Positions 37,334 to 46,898 of a DNA stretch of 57,781 nucleotides are shown here, in pieces; the stretch's first letter is position 1, and each line of letters starts with the position of its first letter. Under the pieces are notes generated by a model, which ran no database searches, was not told where the DNA came from, and saw only the letters and a list, made by a program, of their open reading frames with translations. A program made the position numbers and the translations under genes. This stretch comes from a virus (lineage: Duplodnaviria; Caudoviricetes), in the IMG/VR virus record IMGVR_UViG_3300028025_001015, positions 1 to 57,781 of that record; one strand, given 5' to 3'.

Positions 37334-37601
37334 CCTGTTTACGCAGCTTCTCCACCTTCTCCATTTGTGCTCGGGCTTCCCGCTTCACCACCATCGTGTC
37401 CACATACAGCATCCCAACCAGCGGGATCACTAACACAAAGACCAGTGCAAACAGGATCAAGACCAGAAGGTATCCAATCGACCCCGATGATGAAGACTGA
37501 TTATCCACATTAGGCATATCAGGTAAGCGACTACGAAAACCACCAGCACCGTTTCCAGCACCCTGTCCAGTATCTGATTTTTTAACCTTTGTCGCCGCCA
37601 T
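37296..37601 (-). CDS. Small membrane protein (TM plus coiled coil)
   Basis: Hydrophobic stretch followed by a charged helix; start uncertain. Confidence 0.5.
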   Translation of the reverse strand: MAATKVKKSDTGQGAGNGAGGFRSRLPDMPNVDNQSSSSGSIGYLLVLILFALVFVLVIPLVGMLYVDTMVVKREARAQMEKVEKLRKQVEEDAKREAEPR

Positions 37602-38026
37602 GCTTTCACCCGCTTTTCGTGCAACTCCCGTGCCGCTTGCTCCGATTTTTGATCCAACAGCCGTTGATACTCTTCAACGATTTCCCGCCAGAGATCGGGT
37701 TGTCCCATCTCCCAGCGCACCATTCTCTCCAAATCAGCATAAAACGCTTTGGTCTGCCGCAGATACATCACATTGTCTATGGCTTGTGTGGCTAGATCGT
37801 CTTTAATCCCCTTTTTTAGATTCTCTTCACGCTGGAATTCAGCCTTCTCATGGCTGGTTTCTAACTCTGCGTGGCCCTTGAAAAAACTTGAAAGGGCTGT
37901 ACCAACTTCACCTGTGATCTTTGTCAGATCAGACCCGGTTTTCTTCAGGTCTTGGTAAACGCTGATGCAGCCCTTTATGCCTTCATATGCCCCTTTGCAC
38001 AGGGCAAATGCTGTTACTGGATCAAT
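37457..38026 (-). CDS. Membrane-anchored hypothetical protein, probably ATT-initiated (189 aa)
   Basis: The frame of ORF 37457..37771 is open for 85 more codons, to ATT-GAT-CCA-GTA (xDPVT). A GGAG SD precedes it. Further upstream is an in-frame stop, with no ATG/GTG/TTG in between. Confidence 0.6.
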   Translation of the reverse strand: MDPVTAFALCKGAYEGIKGCISVYQDLKKTGSDLTKITGEVGTALSSFFKGHAELETSHEKAEFQREENLKKGIKDDLATQAIDNVMYLRQTKAFYADLERMVRWEMGQPDLWREIVEEYQRLLDQKSEQAARELHEKRVKAWRRQRLKNQILDRVLETVLVVFVVAYLICLMWIISLHHRGRLDTFWS

Positions 38027-38223
38027 GGCTGCTCCGCAGGCTTGGCTTCTTGGGGCATTGGAACCTGGGGGATGGCTTGCTCACGAATGGCCTGCACCAA
38101 GTCAGCGACTTGCTCATAAGGTGCTTTTGCCAATGCGGCCAGGATCATGTTCACTGCGCCCAAGGGCAGTTCCAGTTTGACAGGGGTTGCCAGAGTCTCT
38201 TGCTCAGTCATGCGTTTCTCCAT
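38014..38223 (-). CDS. hypothetical protein
   Basis: IL.AL.K.PYEQV..LV..I..QA pattern; follows the tail fibre genes. Confidence 0.65.
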   Translation of the reverse strand: MEKRMTEQETLATPVKLELPLGAVNMILAALAKAPYEQVADLVQAIREQAIPQVPMPQEAKPAEQPLIQ

Positions 38224-38262
38224 AAAAAACCGCTGTCAGGGCCAGCGGGTTGCCCTTTTTAA

Positions 38263-38598
38263 TTATGCCGTAGCCCAAGGCAGTGGTGGTGTCACCACGG
38301 GCGGGTTGATGGCGTTGTCAATCTGTTGCTGTACAGCCGCTTCTGTAGCGTCCTTGTCCACGCCTGATGCCCAAATCCAGCCTAAAACTTGATCGAGCGT
38401 CAGGTCAGCATAAGGGGTGTAGGGTGTGCCAGCGGTGTAGGTCACGCCACAAGTTGAGTAGACAGACCCGTTGTAGGTCTTGCCATCTTGCTCTTGTGTT
38501 CCGTTGCACTGCCAGTGAACCGTGAATACAACATCCGTCTCCCCCTCAGCTTGCGGGAAACAGTTCATTGCGCTGATGTTCCAAAGAATAGTACTCAT
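38263..38598 (-). CDS. Tail-fibre-associated hypothetical protein
   Basis: VHW.C...TPYADLT..QVLGW...PLPW. Confidence 0.65.
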   Translation of the reverse strand: MSTILWNISAMNCFPQAEGETDVVFTVHWQCNGTQEQDGKTYNGSVYSTCGVTYTAGTPYTPYADLTLDQVLGWIWASGVDKDATEAAVQQQIDNAINPPVVTPPLPWATA

Positions 38599-38945
38599 GC
38601 TGATACTCCTTCAAGTATTTCGTTGTCATTAACTCGCTGTGCTTCCATTGTTGCCAAAATTTCTGCGTCATCTTCCAAAATCAATGCATCAATGTGCGTG
38701 TAGCCATTCAATATCGCATACTGAATGCGGCATCCGCTTGCAGTAAACAATAACTTATCACCCTCTTTTTTAACAATAATTGGAAAAGTTAATCCGTTTT
38801 TGGCAATGTCCAAAGCCATAATGTATTGCCTTGGAAAAATAGCCCAATGTTTCGCAACTTCTGTTACTGATTTATTGCCATCCATAATTTCAGCCAAAGC
38901 GACTTCAACAGTATTGGTGTTGTTTTTTGCTTTCAAAATTTTCAT
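38595..38945 (-). CDS. ParB/Srx-like domain protein (tentative)
   Basis: DIAKNGL.FPIIV...G.R...A...GY..I; AT-rich gene. Confidence 0.5.
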   Translation of the reverse strand: MKILKAKNNTNTVEVALAEIMDGNKSVTEVAKHWAIFPRQYIMALDIAKNGLTFPIIVKKEGDKLLFTASGCRIQYAILNGYTHIDALILEDDAEILATMEAQRVNDNEILEGVSA

Positions 38946-41080
38946 TTGGACTCCAATGAGGCAAGTCTAGCTTCCAACAATTCAATTTTTGCAATGGCTT
39001 CTTGTAAAGCGGCAGTTAACAATGGAGTGATCCTTCCGTAATCAACGCCTTGCATGTCTTTGCCATCTTTTTCGCCTGAAACTGCATAAGGTGCTACCTC
39101 TTGCAGTTCGTGAGCAATAAATCCTTCACTGTCAGAGCCGTCAGAATTCCACTTGTAAGTAACTGGGTTAAGTTGAGCCACTTTACCCAAAGCTCCGACC
39201 ATAGGCGCAATCGTGTTTTTCAGTCGGTAATCAGATGATGTGACATAACTTGTTGCACTGGTGCTAGTCTGAATTGATCCAACAATGCCATTTGGATTTT
39301 TAAACAATATTGCATAAGTTGTGGAAGTAGAACCATTTGCCATTGCCATACCAGTTTGTGGGTATGTGTAGCTAACGCCAAAACGCTCTGGATTACTACC
39401 GTCAATATCCCCTGTTAAACCAACACGCAAGTTACCCGCCGCATTTAGAAACATTTTTGTTGTAAGCGGACATGCGGCATCAGCCGAGCCTGAAGGGGCT
39501 GATTCAAAGGAAAAACAGCCAGATACTTGATACATTCTTGACGCAAAGCCATTGGCAATATAAAAGTCACCCGACCCGTTAAACCAAGAATTTGAAGTTA
39601 ATACAAGTAAATTATCTGCGGCTCTTTGCCAAAGCGCACCAGAACTGCCAAGTTGCAGTGCTCTTGATCCACTATCCCATGTGGCTTTAGGATAAATATT
39701 TATACCTGCATTGCCACGATTATCAATAGTCATCCGTAGAGTATTGCCACCCGTAAAAAAGCGCAAGTCGGCAGAATCTAGGGCTTGACCGCCAGAGCCA
39801 ATACCAGCACCATCAGTTGATGTTCCTGCGGTAAATAAAATCTTTGCGCCATCATTTGCCGATGTGCCACCATTCTTCAATCGCAATGTGGTGACAATGC
39901 CAGAGCCGTTTGTCGTGCTTCCAATGGCATCAATTTTAAAACTAGGTGATGTTTGGTTTACACCCAAGTTACCGCTTGCATCAAGGGTCATTGCTTGGGT
40001 GAAGGAGATGGCGTTACCTGCTGTGCCGGAGGGGGCGTTATACCAAGACATAACGCCATTAACACTTGAAAAGCGTGTTGCAGCGCCGTTAGCAATGTAT
40101 CTGTCAGCACCGCTGTTGTAAACAATGTTTACATCTTGGTACGATATAGGGCCAGAAAAAGTAAATTGACTGGCATTATTGAAAAACAAAACGCCACTAG
40201 CTGTGGAAGCACTAGGCGTAACACCCAATCCCAAGTTACCGCTTGGGTCAATAATTAAACGAGCAGCATTGGCAGTAATGTCATATACATACCAATTGCC
40301 GTTTTGTCCTGAAGTGCTACCACCAACGGCAACTTGATACTCCCTGCCAGAAGCGCCCGTGTTAATAAGTCGAATGCCGCTGTATCCGTCTGCGGCTGAA
40401 GTGGTGGCAACATACCCAATAACCGCCGCTGATGCTGACCCAGAAGATGTAAGCTGTTGCCCGTTATAAGTCAACGCACTGCCCGTAGTCAGCACCTTGG
40501 AGCCATTGAGATAGGCCACACCATTGGCTGTGCCGCCTGACAGAATTGGGTTGGCTGTTAGCGAGATAATGCCCGTGCTATTGGCAATCGATGCGGCAGA
40601 AGTGCCGTCAAGGGCTTTGATGTTAGTAACCTCAAGGTTTGTCACATCAAGCGTTGTAAACACTGCTGCGCCGCCAGTGTTGCTGATCTTGATGAAGTCT
40701 GATCCGTTCCATGCACAAACGGCTGATTCGCCCTTCACAATGGTCACACCTGTGGTTGGGCCTACCCCACGAAGCACAATTGATTGGGTGCTTGAGCTTG
40801 CATTGATGACCGTGTAAATCTTTGACTGGGCAGGGGCAGTGATATTTCTGGTAACTGTCCCGCCTGCCGTCCACAGCAAAATAGCCTGTCGTGATGTGTT
40901 GGACGCTCCAGTTGTGGTGGTCAGCGTCACATCTGCGTCTGAAGAGAGGGTGGTTGTCCCGGCAATTGCTGAGTCCAGCAATGAGGTGATGCTGTTATTT
41001 ACCGTGTCACCCCATGTGCCGCTCAGTTCCCCCGTGACGGGGAGAGCCAAACCCAAGAGTGATGTGTATGCTGTAGTCAT
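38942..41080 (-). CDS. Tail fibre/spike with C-terminal intramolecular chaperone (peptidase S74-like)
   Basis: G/S/T-rich repeats (M.LD.SGNLG); SDYRLK cleavage motif; GFIAHELQEV; terminal coiled coil. Confidence 0.88.
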   Translation of the reverse strand: MTTAYTSLLGLALPVTGELSGTWGDTVNNSITSLLDSAIAGTTTLSSDADVTLTTTTGASNTSRQAILLWTAGGTVTRNITAPAQSKIYTVINASSSTQSIVLRGVGPTTGVTIVKGESAVCAWNGSDFIKISNTGGAAVFTTLDVTNLEVTNIKALDGTSAASIANSTGIISLTANPILSGGTANGVAYLNGSKVLTTGSALTYNGQQLTSSGSASAAVIGYVATTSAADGYSGIRLINTGASGREYQVAVGGSTSGQNGNWYVYDITANAARLIIDPSGNLGLGVTPSASTASGVLFFNNASQFTFSGPISYQDVNIVYNSGADRYIANGAATRFSSVNGVMSWYNAPSGTAGNAISFTQAMTLDASGNLGVNQTSPSFKIDAIGSTTNGSGIVTTLRLKNGGTSANDGAKILFTAGTSTDGAGIGSGGQALDSADLRFFTGGNTLRMTIDNRGNAGINIYPKATWDSGSRALQLGSSGALWQRAADNLLVLTSNSWFNGSGDFYIANGFASRMYQVSGCFSFESAPSGSADAACPLTTKMFLNAAGNLRVGLTGDIDGSNPERFGVSYTYPQTGMAMANGSTSTTYAILFKNPNGIVGSIQTSTSATSYVTSSDYRLKNTIAPMVGALGKVAQLNPVTYKWNSDGSDSEGFIAHELQEVAPYAVSGEKDGKDMQGVDYGRITPLLTAALQEAIAKIELLEARLASLESK

Positions 41081-41089
41081 GTTTAAACC

Positions 41090-41917
41090 TCAAGTTACGA
41101 CTTCTTCCCAGGTGACGGTCTGTTCATTTGAAACATTTGACCACCCAGGTGTCTGCGGGTTGCTGATATTTTGCCACGAAGGGGTCTGCGTGTCATCTAT
41201 AGGTTTCCAATAGACGGCGATCACATCCCCCGCTGATCCTGTTGCGCTTACGCCGGTAAGAGCTTTTACCCTTTCAGCTACTGACATTGTCCCCACAGAG
41301 CCTGATGCGTTTACACCAGACAGGGCTATGGAAACCTCTTTAACGACCGTGCCCACTTCCCCGGTGGCGGTCAATGGACTAAGTGGAACAATGACCTGGG
41401 ACACTTCACCTTGGGCCGTCACACCTGTAATGCCCACAGATGCAGATGGCTCCACAGTACCCACAGACCCCGTTGCCGCCACGCCCGTCAAAGCTTGACT
41501 GCGATCTGGGATTACAGTGCCAACGGAGCCTGTTGCGGCGTTTCCCGTCAGCGCCAAAGATCGCTCTCCAAGCGCCACATTGCCCACAGCGCCAGAGGCT
41601 GAATTGCCGGTTATGGCGACATCTTTACTGGAGTCAACCGTTCCAACCAATCCCGCCGCAGAAACACCCGTTAGAGTAACCTCTAGGGTTACCCCTACAT
41701 TGCCAACAAATCCATTGGCGACATCGCCGTCTTCACCCTCTGTGGTGCTGGGAGCCATCGTCCCAACTGAGCCAACGGATGACACCCCGGTGAGGGCAAT
41801 CGTGAAGTTGACTGATGTGACGGAACCTACCGCACCTGTGGCGGCAGTTCCTGTGAGGTCAAGAGTACCGCCCCATCCGTTACTCCCCCATGCGCCATCG
41901 CCCCACCCGAGAGACAT
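41090..41917 (-). CDS. Repetitive virion fibre-like protein
   Basis: Many LTGV.A.G.VG.V repeats. Confidence 0.7.
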   Translation of the reverse strand: MSLGWGDGAWGSNGWGGTLDLTGTAATGAVGSVTSVNFTIALTGVSSVGSVGTMAPSTTEGEDGDVANGFVGNVGVTLEVTLTGVSAAGLVGTVDSSKDVAITGNSASGAVGNVALGERSLALTGNAATGSVGTVIPDRSQALTGVAATGSVGTVEPSASVGITGVTAQGEVSQVIVPLSPLTATGEVGTVVKEVSIALSGVNASGSVGTMSVAERVKALTGVSATGSAGDVIAVYWKPIDDTQTPSWQNISNPQTPGWSNVSNEQTVTWEEVVT

Positions 41918-41927
41918 GGCTTACCCC

Positions 41928-42404
41928 TTATGTGGTAGCCAAGCGCAACAGAGCAGTCGAAGTCGTGTTGGAAGGCATCGTCAGAGTGAAGGTTCCAGCC
42001 GTGATCGTCTGGGAACCGAAGGTGTGGACACTGACCGATTTGTTACTCTGCGTAGAGTTGTAAATCAACACTGCATCAAACGCCGTGGACAAAGTCACCG
42101 TGGTGTAGGTGATTGAGGCTGATGGAGTCCAATAGCCGACACCCGCCGTAGCAGAACTGTTGCTTGACAACGGGGCTGTTGCGTTCGTTACCGTAACGCC
42201 GCCAGCGGAATACCCAGTGCCCGACACCTCGCCAGATGCCGAATATGCCGTGGTGGAGGCATTGATCGTTGACGAAGTCAGGTACAGGGCTGCTTTAAAC
42301 GTGTCGGCCGTAGTGGCTGCACGGATTGGCGCAGTGCCAAAGTTGTGAGTTGCAGTCAGCACCTCGCCCAAGAACGAAGTGGTCATTGATTGTGTATTTG
42401 CCAT
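41928..42404 (-). CDS. Virion structural protein
   Basis: FKAALY...EVSGTGY.AGG...A.LIYN; paralogous to 42605-43024. Confidence 0.7.
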   Translation of the reverse strand: MANTQSMTTSFLGEVLTATHNFGTAPIRAATTADTFKAALYLTSSTINASTTAYSASGEVSGTGYSAGGVTVTNATAPLSSNSSATAGVGYWTPSASITYTTVTLSTAFDAVLIYNSTQSNKSVSVHTFGSQTITAGTFTLTMPSNTTSTALLRLATT

Positions 42405-42413
42405 GGTATTTCC

Positions 42414-42608
42414 TTATGCAAAAGAAGAAGTTTCGCCGCCGCCAAAGACGGGCATTTTTTTCAGGGTTACATGTGCAGAACGATGTACAAGTTCACCTTC
42501 CAGCCAGTACTCAACCCAGGTGGTCAATTCATTGTCATTGTCCACAGTTCCTTCTCGCTTTTCAAGCAAGGAATCATCCATTTCGCCCTTGGTGGTTGTG
42601 ACTATCAA
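42414..42608 (-). CDS. hypothetical protein
   Basis: ORF track; coupled to neighbours. Confidence 0.65.
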   Translation of the reverse strand: MIVTTTKGEMDDSLLEKREGTVDNDNELTTWVEYWLEGELVHRSAHVTLKKMPVFGGGETSSFA

Positions 42609-43024
42609 TTTGAACTCCTGATCAATGCTGTGGTTGATGTGTTGGCTGGCATCGTGATTAAGAACGTGGTGACTGACGTTTTGTCAGACCCAAAGTCCAG
42701 CACCGCCACCGACTTGTTGCCCTTAGTTTCGTTGTAGATCAAGGCACACCGGGCCGTGATTGACCCAGTCCAGGATACATTGTTGAACCCAACATAGGCC
42801 GTGTAGTCAGATGTGCTGACGGTGATCCCAGTCATTGTCTGACCACCCGCCACATAAGTGCCTGTAGCGGCCACTTCATTCACACTGCTGTAAACGGTGG
42901 TGTCAGCGTTTAAATTTGCATTGGCCGTGTACAGGGCGATCTTGATCACATCCGTGGTCAAGTCATGGATGCCCTGATAAAGCTGCGCCTTAAAGCTGGT
43001 GGTCTGGGTTTGGACAATTGACAT
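42605..43024 (-). CDS. Virion structural protein
   Basis: TSFK..L..G.HD...KIALYT...Y.AGG...ALIYN...VLDFG.DK. Confidence 0.7.
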   Translation of the reverse strand: MSIVQTQTTSFKAQLYQGIHDLTTDVIKIALYTANANLNADTTVYSSVNEVAATGTYVAGGQTMTGITVSTSDYTAYVGFNNVSWTGSITARCALIYNETKGNKSVAVLDFGSDKTSVTTFLITMPANTSTTALIRSSN

Positions 43025-43683
43025 TAACTCACCTGAACCCTAACCTGACCATCACGATAAGCATCCTGACGCTGTTTACCGTCACCCAAGTTCTTGAGCA
43101 GAGCAATTGATTGGACATACCGATCATTGACCAGCTTGACCATGTCAGGCTCACCCTTCATGTAGGTGTAAGCCTCGCACAGAGTCCCATACAACAGCGC
43201 AGAATCAAAGTTATCACCCAACCATGTGGTGGACGCAGTCACGATGGACTCTGGGTAGTAGTAGTAATGCAACTCAGTGCCATAAGTTGCGTTGGGTGTC
43301 GGCCCAAGAATGAACGACAACTCGTTCACATTGGATGATTGAGGGCCAAAGATGGCGTAATGCTTGGGCGTACCAGTTGAGGCCGGGTTGGGATACGCAT
43401 CCCGCATGAAGTTCACATCCTTGTTGAGCAAGTAGATGTAGCTTCCACCGCCATTTGGGTAAACGGCAATTGAATACACAGACAGGAAGTCTTCCGGGCA
43501 TGACAAATACTTATTGCCCGATGTGATAGTCCCCGTCACATTCTTGCGGAGATTTGCAATCTGGACAGTGTTGTATATACGCTGCTCAGCCTGCTTGATC
43601 ATTGTGTTCATGTCCGTGGTGTCGAACGTGTTTTCACAATAATCGCTGACAGCGACTACAAGCTGGGCATAAGTCAGTGCCAT
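43024..43683 (-). CDS. Head-tail adaptor-like protein
   Basis: TY..L...DY.E...I..AE.RI...GPTP...LLYG.L.EA pattern and gene position. Confidence 0.6.
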   Translation of the reverse strand: MALTYAQLVVAVSDYCENTFDTTDMNTMIKQAEQRIYNTVQIANLRKNVTGTITSGNKYLSCPEDFLSVYSIAVYPNGGGSYIYLLNKDVNFMRDAYPNPASTGTPKHYAIFGPQSSNVNELSFILGPTPNATYGTELHYYYYPESIVTASTTWLGDNFDSALLYGTLCEAYTYMKGEPDMVKLVNDRYVQSIALLKNLGDGKQRQDAYRDGQVRVQVS

Positions 43684-43690
43684 GGTTATA

Positions 43691-43954
43691 TCAACCCATC
43701 GGGCCTCTGGACATCACGCCCTTGGTGGCGGCTCCCGTCCCACGCATCTTGATGCCAGTGGTCTTGGGTTCAGAATATCCACTGCGGTTGATGTTGCCAA
43801 CCGACATGTTTACATTCACTGCCTCACTCCCGTTTGGCCCTTTGCCAGGGTTACTGGAGATGCTGGCCTTCTTCCCATCCATGGTGTGGGGTTCGGCATA
43901 GACGCTGGCATCGCCAACCTCTTTGCCCATTACCTTTTTGCTGTATTTACCCAT
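43691..43954 (-). CDS. Small basic hypothetical protein
   Basis: C-terminal RGTGAATKG. Confidence 0.65.
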   Translation of the reverse strand: MGKYSKKVMGKEVGDASVYAEPHTMDGKKASISSNPGKGPNGSEAVNVNMSVGNINRSGYSEPKTTGIKMRGTGAATKGVMSRGPMG

Positions 43955-44130
43955 TATTTGCTCCCAGATTTCTGGTTCATCGCACGGGAAAGGTTCTTTC
44001 CGTATTTCTTGCGATCCAAGCTGGTAGGGCCACCCTTCTTCATGCCTTTGGCATGCATGCGGGATTCATGGCCTTTGACCATTTTCTTGGCTTCGGTGTC
44101 GGCAATTGCCTTGACTTGTTTCTTGTCCAT
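43954..44130 (-). CDS. Small basic hypothetical protein (58 aa)
   Basis: Manual translation MDKKQVK...MKKGG...; AGGAG SD. Confidence 0.6.
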   Translation of the reverse strand: MDKKQVKAIADTEAKKMVKGHESRMHAKGMKKGGPTSLDRKKYGKNLSRAMNQKSGSK

Positions 44131-44138
44131 ATCTGCTC

Positions 44139-44528
44139 CTAAGTTGCGCTAACCGTTACTGTACCAACACTTGTTGTTGCCACCAAGTAGTTTGGCGTGA
44201 GTTCTACGTCAAAGAAGCTGGAACCCCCTACAGGTTGCCAACCCCACTGAATGTCCCTTGATCCACCCGATGGATACCCATCCACGTTTACACCCGATGT
44301 TACATATGTCGTGTCGGGCCGGGGCTGCATCACAGCCTGCGGGTCATCAACCGGATACATACCCAGTTGAAGTTGCGGCTGATCCGGATCCCAGCACTCA
44401 TCACAAACCTTCAGTTGGTACAGCTTGGTCTTGATAACCTCAAATTTAAGCTGCTTCAGCTTGTACCGCTGACCACACCGGTCACACTCGGCAATTGAGT
44501 ATTTACCTGACGCAAACCTGTTGCCCAT
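44139..44528 (-). CDS. Zinc-binding hypothetical protein
   Basis: CDRCG...VC.ECWD.DQPQ...DPQA...PRPD. Confidence 0.7.
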   Translation of the reverse strand: MGNRFASGKYSIAECDRCGQRYKLKQLKFEVIKTKLYQLKVCDECWDPDQPQLQLGMYPVDDPQAVMQPRPDTTYVTSGVNVDGYPSGGSRDIQWGWQPVGGSSFFDVELTPNYLVATTSVGTVTVSAT

Positions 44529-45460
44529 TATGTGCCACCAGAGCCAATGAATGACTGACGGGGAACCAACCGCAAAGCGGCCTTTTCATGGTCTTCCCCA
44601 GCCGCCAGATTGAATTGCTCATCGTAGGTTGCCTTCAGCATATCCATCCGTCCCTGCAATTCAGGAACCTTCATGGCGATGTAGTAGGCCAGCCCTGCCA
44701 CCACACATGGCAGGAAGCGGAAATTCATGTCAGCAGTCTCTACACCAGCCCCGGCATCCTGCACCCTACGCATGCGCCAGTACACAAACGTGTAGGTGGT
44801 GGTGTCATCAGGGGTGGGCCATACCGTGACGGCGGGAAGCTGGGGCACGAAGACGGCAGTGGCAGTTATGTGCGAGGCCGCAACGGTGTTTGCTTGCGCC
44901 CGGAAGCAGTTGCTCAAAACATTCCCGGCGATGTAGTTGTAATAAATTATTTCATTATCCAGCTTGATGTACCCTGCCGCTGCCAAGCCCACGACAGAGT
45001 CTAGGGTGATTGAGGTGGCTGTGCTGGTAATTGCGCCGTTTAAACTTAATGCAGTTGACCCGGTCTGGCCTGAATTGCGCTGGATTAGAACCTGAATGGG
45101 TCTGGCCTGAGTCAGTTTATTGGGGATCGTGGCATAGGTACTAACGCTTATGCGAGTGATCGTCAGGTCAGCTTGATTGGTCGTTGAGTTCTGTCCCGTT
45201 CGAATAACGTGCTCCAGAAGATCAATCGTATCGTCCGGTAAAGGGTATGTGTTTAAACCGGCAGTAAGCTCAAAGGAGCCTTGCTCAATCGTCCACATGT
45301 TTAAACCACGATTCTGCCATTCGATGGTCATCAAATTCATGGAGCGGCGTGCCGTTCTAAGGTCATAACCAGACCTCATTTCCCGACCCGCACGCTCCCA
45401 TGACTCCTCGGCTATCTCCGTGAAGTCCATGTCGAATACTGATGTTCCTGTGGTTGTCAT
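44528..45460 (-). CDS. Putative head-tail connector protein
   Basis: 310-aa ORF in the structural block; ARRS.NL...W.NRG.N.W...GLAYYIA.K. Function is inferred. Confidence 0.55.
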   Translation of the reverse strand: MTTTGTSVFDMDFTEIAEESWERAGREMRSGYDLRTARRSMNLMTIEWQNRGLNMWTIEQGSFELTAGLNTYPLPDDTIDLLEHVIRTGQNSTTNQADLTITRISVSTYATIPNKLTQARPIQVLIQRNSGQTGSTALSLNGAITSTATSITLDSVVGLAAAGYIKLDNEIIYYNYIAGNVLSNCFRAQANTVAASHITATAVFVPQLPAVTVWPTPDDTTTYTFVYWRMRRVQDAGAGVETADMNFRFLPCVVAGLAYYIAMKVPELQGRMDMLKATYDEQFNLAAGEDHEKAALRLVPRQSFIGSGGT

Positions 45461-45690
45461 CTAAACCCTGCCGTTTTCTTTGCTATACCCTTGGGTTGAG
45501 CCACAAACTGTTTACCTGCCGCTTTACCTTGCCGCTTGGCCTTGGTGGTTGCTGCGTATTCTGCTGGAGACAAAGCCTTGATTGCCTTCTCAGGCAAGTA
45601 CCGCTCCCCCGTCTTTGACGAAGGCTTCCCCGACTTGGTGCGCCATTTCTGGTCACCCCAGTTTTTCAGGGAAGTCTGCGGCGCTTTCAA
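45457..45690 (-). CDS. Small basic protein (TTG start)
   Basis: (M)KAPQTSLKNW..QKW.TK...ERYLP; TTGA overlap with the upstream gene. Confidence 0.6.
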   Translation of the reverse strand: MKAPQTSLKNWGDQKWRTKSGKPSSKTGERYLPEKAIKALSPAEYAATTKAKRQGKAAGKQFVAQPKGIAKKTAGFR

Positions 45691-45968
45691 TCCTTGTATC
45701 CCCCGCCAGCAGCCTTGTACTTCTTGGCTACCAATTGCGCCTTCCGGGCAGACCATTGACCTGCGCCAGTTCCTTGAGTTGCCGCCGCTTTTACCTTGGA
45801 CACGATCTTCTTGCGAAGGCCGGGCTTGGTGTAATTGCCTGCGGCATTAACCGTTCCACCGTCTTTATATTGAGTAAAGTCGGTATCGTCCCGGCGCTTC
45901 TTGCGCTTCGGCCCAGGCATTTTGGAGGGGTTGATGTCCCCCATTCCACGGCTGGACAACATCAGCAC
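45687..45968 (-). CDS. Small basic protein (DUF5872-like)
   Basis: YTKP.LR...GQWSARKAQL....YK.AGGGY. Confidence 0.6.
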   Translation of the reverse strand: MLMLSSRGMGDINPSKMPGPKRKKRRDDTDFTQYKDGGTVNAAGNYTKPGLRKKIVSKVKAAATQGTGAGQWSARKAQLVAKKYKAAGGGYKD

Positions 45969-46363
45969 ATCTTCCCACGGGTCTTACCCCGTTGAGCAAT
46001 GCCATCGGCACGGCTGGATGCAGTACCACCAGAGGCCATCTTCTTGCCCATAGGATTGCGATACATCAGAGCCGCACCACCTTTGGTTTCTGCGCTGGTG
46101 AATCCTGCCTTACGGGCTTTTTCAGAGAAAGAAGGTTTCTTCTTGGTCTTAGTTTTGGTCTTGGTCATCTCTTCGCTGTACAACTCACCCGTCTCAGGGT
46201 TGCGTTTAAACTTTGATTTAGCGCCGGTTTCGTCTTCAACATCCATTCCCATGTCGCCACGGGGTTCGGCTATTTCGCCCATGTCGGTAGGTGCGGGACG
46301 CTCATCTTCAGCACCGCCCACCAAGCTTCCATCTTCACCAGCGTAACGCTTCATTTTGTTCAT
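45962..46363 (-). CDS. hypothetical protein with GG...SRADGIAQRGKT motif
   Basis: ORF track; C-terminal motif shared with two neighbours. Confidence 0.7.
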   Translation of the reverse strand: MNKMKRYAGEDGSLVGGAEDERPAPTDMGEIAEPRGDMGMDVEDETGAKSKFKRNPETGELYSEEMTKTKTKTKKKPSFSEKARKAGFTSAETKGGAALMYRNPMGKKMASGGTASSRADGIAQRGKTRGKMC

Positions 46364-46373
46364 CTCAAACTCC

Positions 46374-46898
46374 TTAACAGGCCATGCCGCCTTTTTTCAA
46401 CATCTTCCCTTTGGTCTTGCCACGTTGAGCAATACCATCGGCCCTTGAGGATGCAGAGCCACCATTTGCCATCTTCTTGGTAGCGCCACGTTTCATTGCA
46501 GGCTCAGACTTCTCGCCCTTGGCATACTGCATGGGGGTGATCTTGCCAGACTTAATGGCTTTGGCTTCGGCAAGTTCTTCCTTCATGGATTCCTTACCTT
46601 TAAACATGCCGCCCTTTTTCATCCCAGGCATCGCAGGAGCGGCCATAGGAGGACGAGCGCCCATTGGAGGGCGAGGGGCGGGACGGCCACCCATTGTTCG
46701 GCCTTTGAGTTTCTCGGCCATCATTGCAAGCATTTTTGGATCCATTGGCATAGCACCACCTCTATTGAATTTTTTGCCTTTATCGGCATTGCTGAAATCT
46801 TGTCCCACGGATTGCGGGACACCGGCCTTCTTCGCAAAAGCCGGGTTATGAGCCACAGCTTCCATGAACTTGTGTTGTTTCTTTGACGAGGATGGCAT
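46374..46898 (-). CDS. Basic hypothetical protein with GG...SRADGIAQRGKT motif
   Basis: ORF track; several KKGG-type motifs. Confidence 0.7.
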   Translation of the reverse strand: MPSSSKKQHKFMEAVAHNPAFAKKAGVPQSVGQDFSNADKGKKFNRGGAMPMDPKMLAMMAEKLKGRTMGGRPAPRPPMGARPPMAAPAMPGMKKGGMFKGKESMKEELAEAKAIKSGKITPMQYAKGEKSEPAMKRGATKKMANGGSASSRADGIAQRGKTKGKMLKKGGMAC

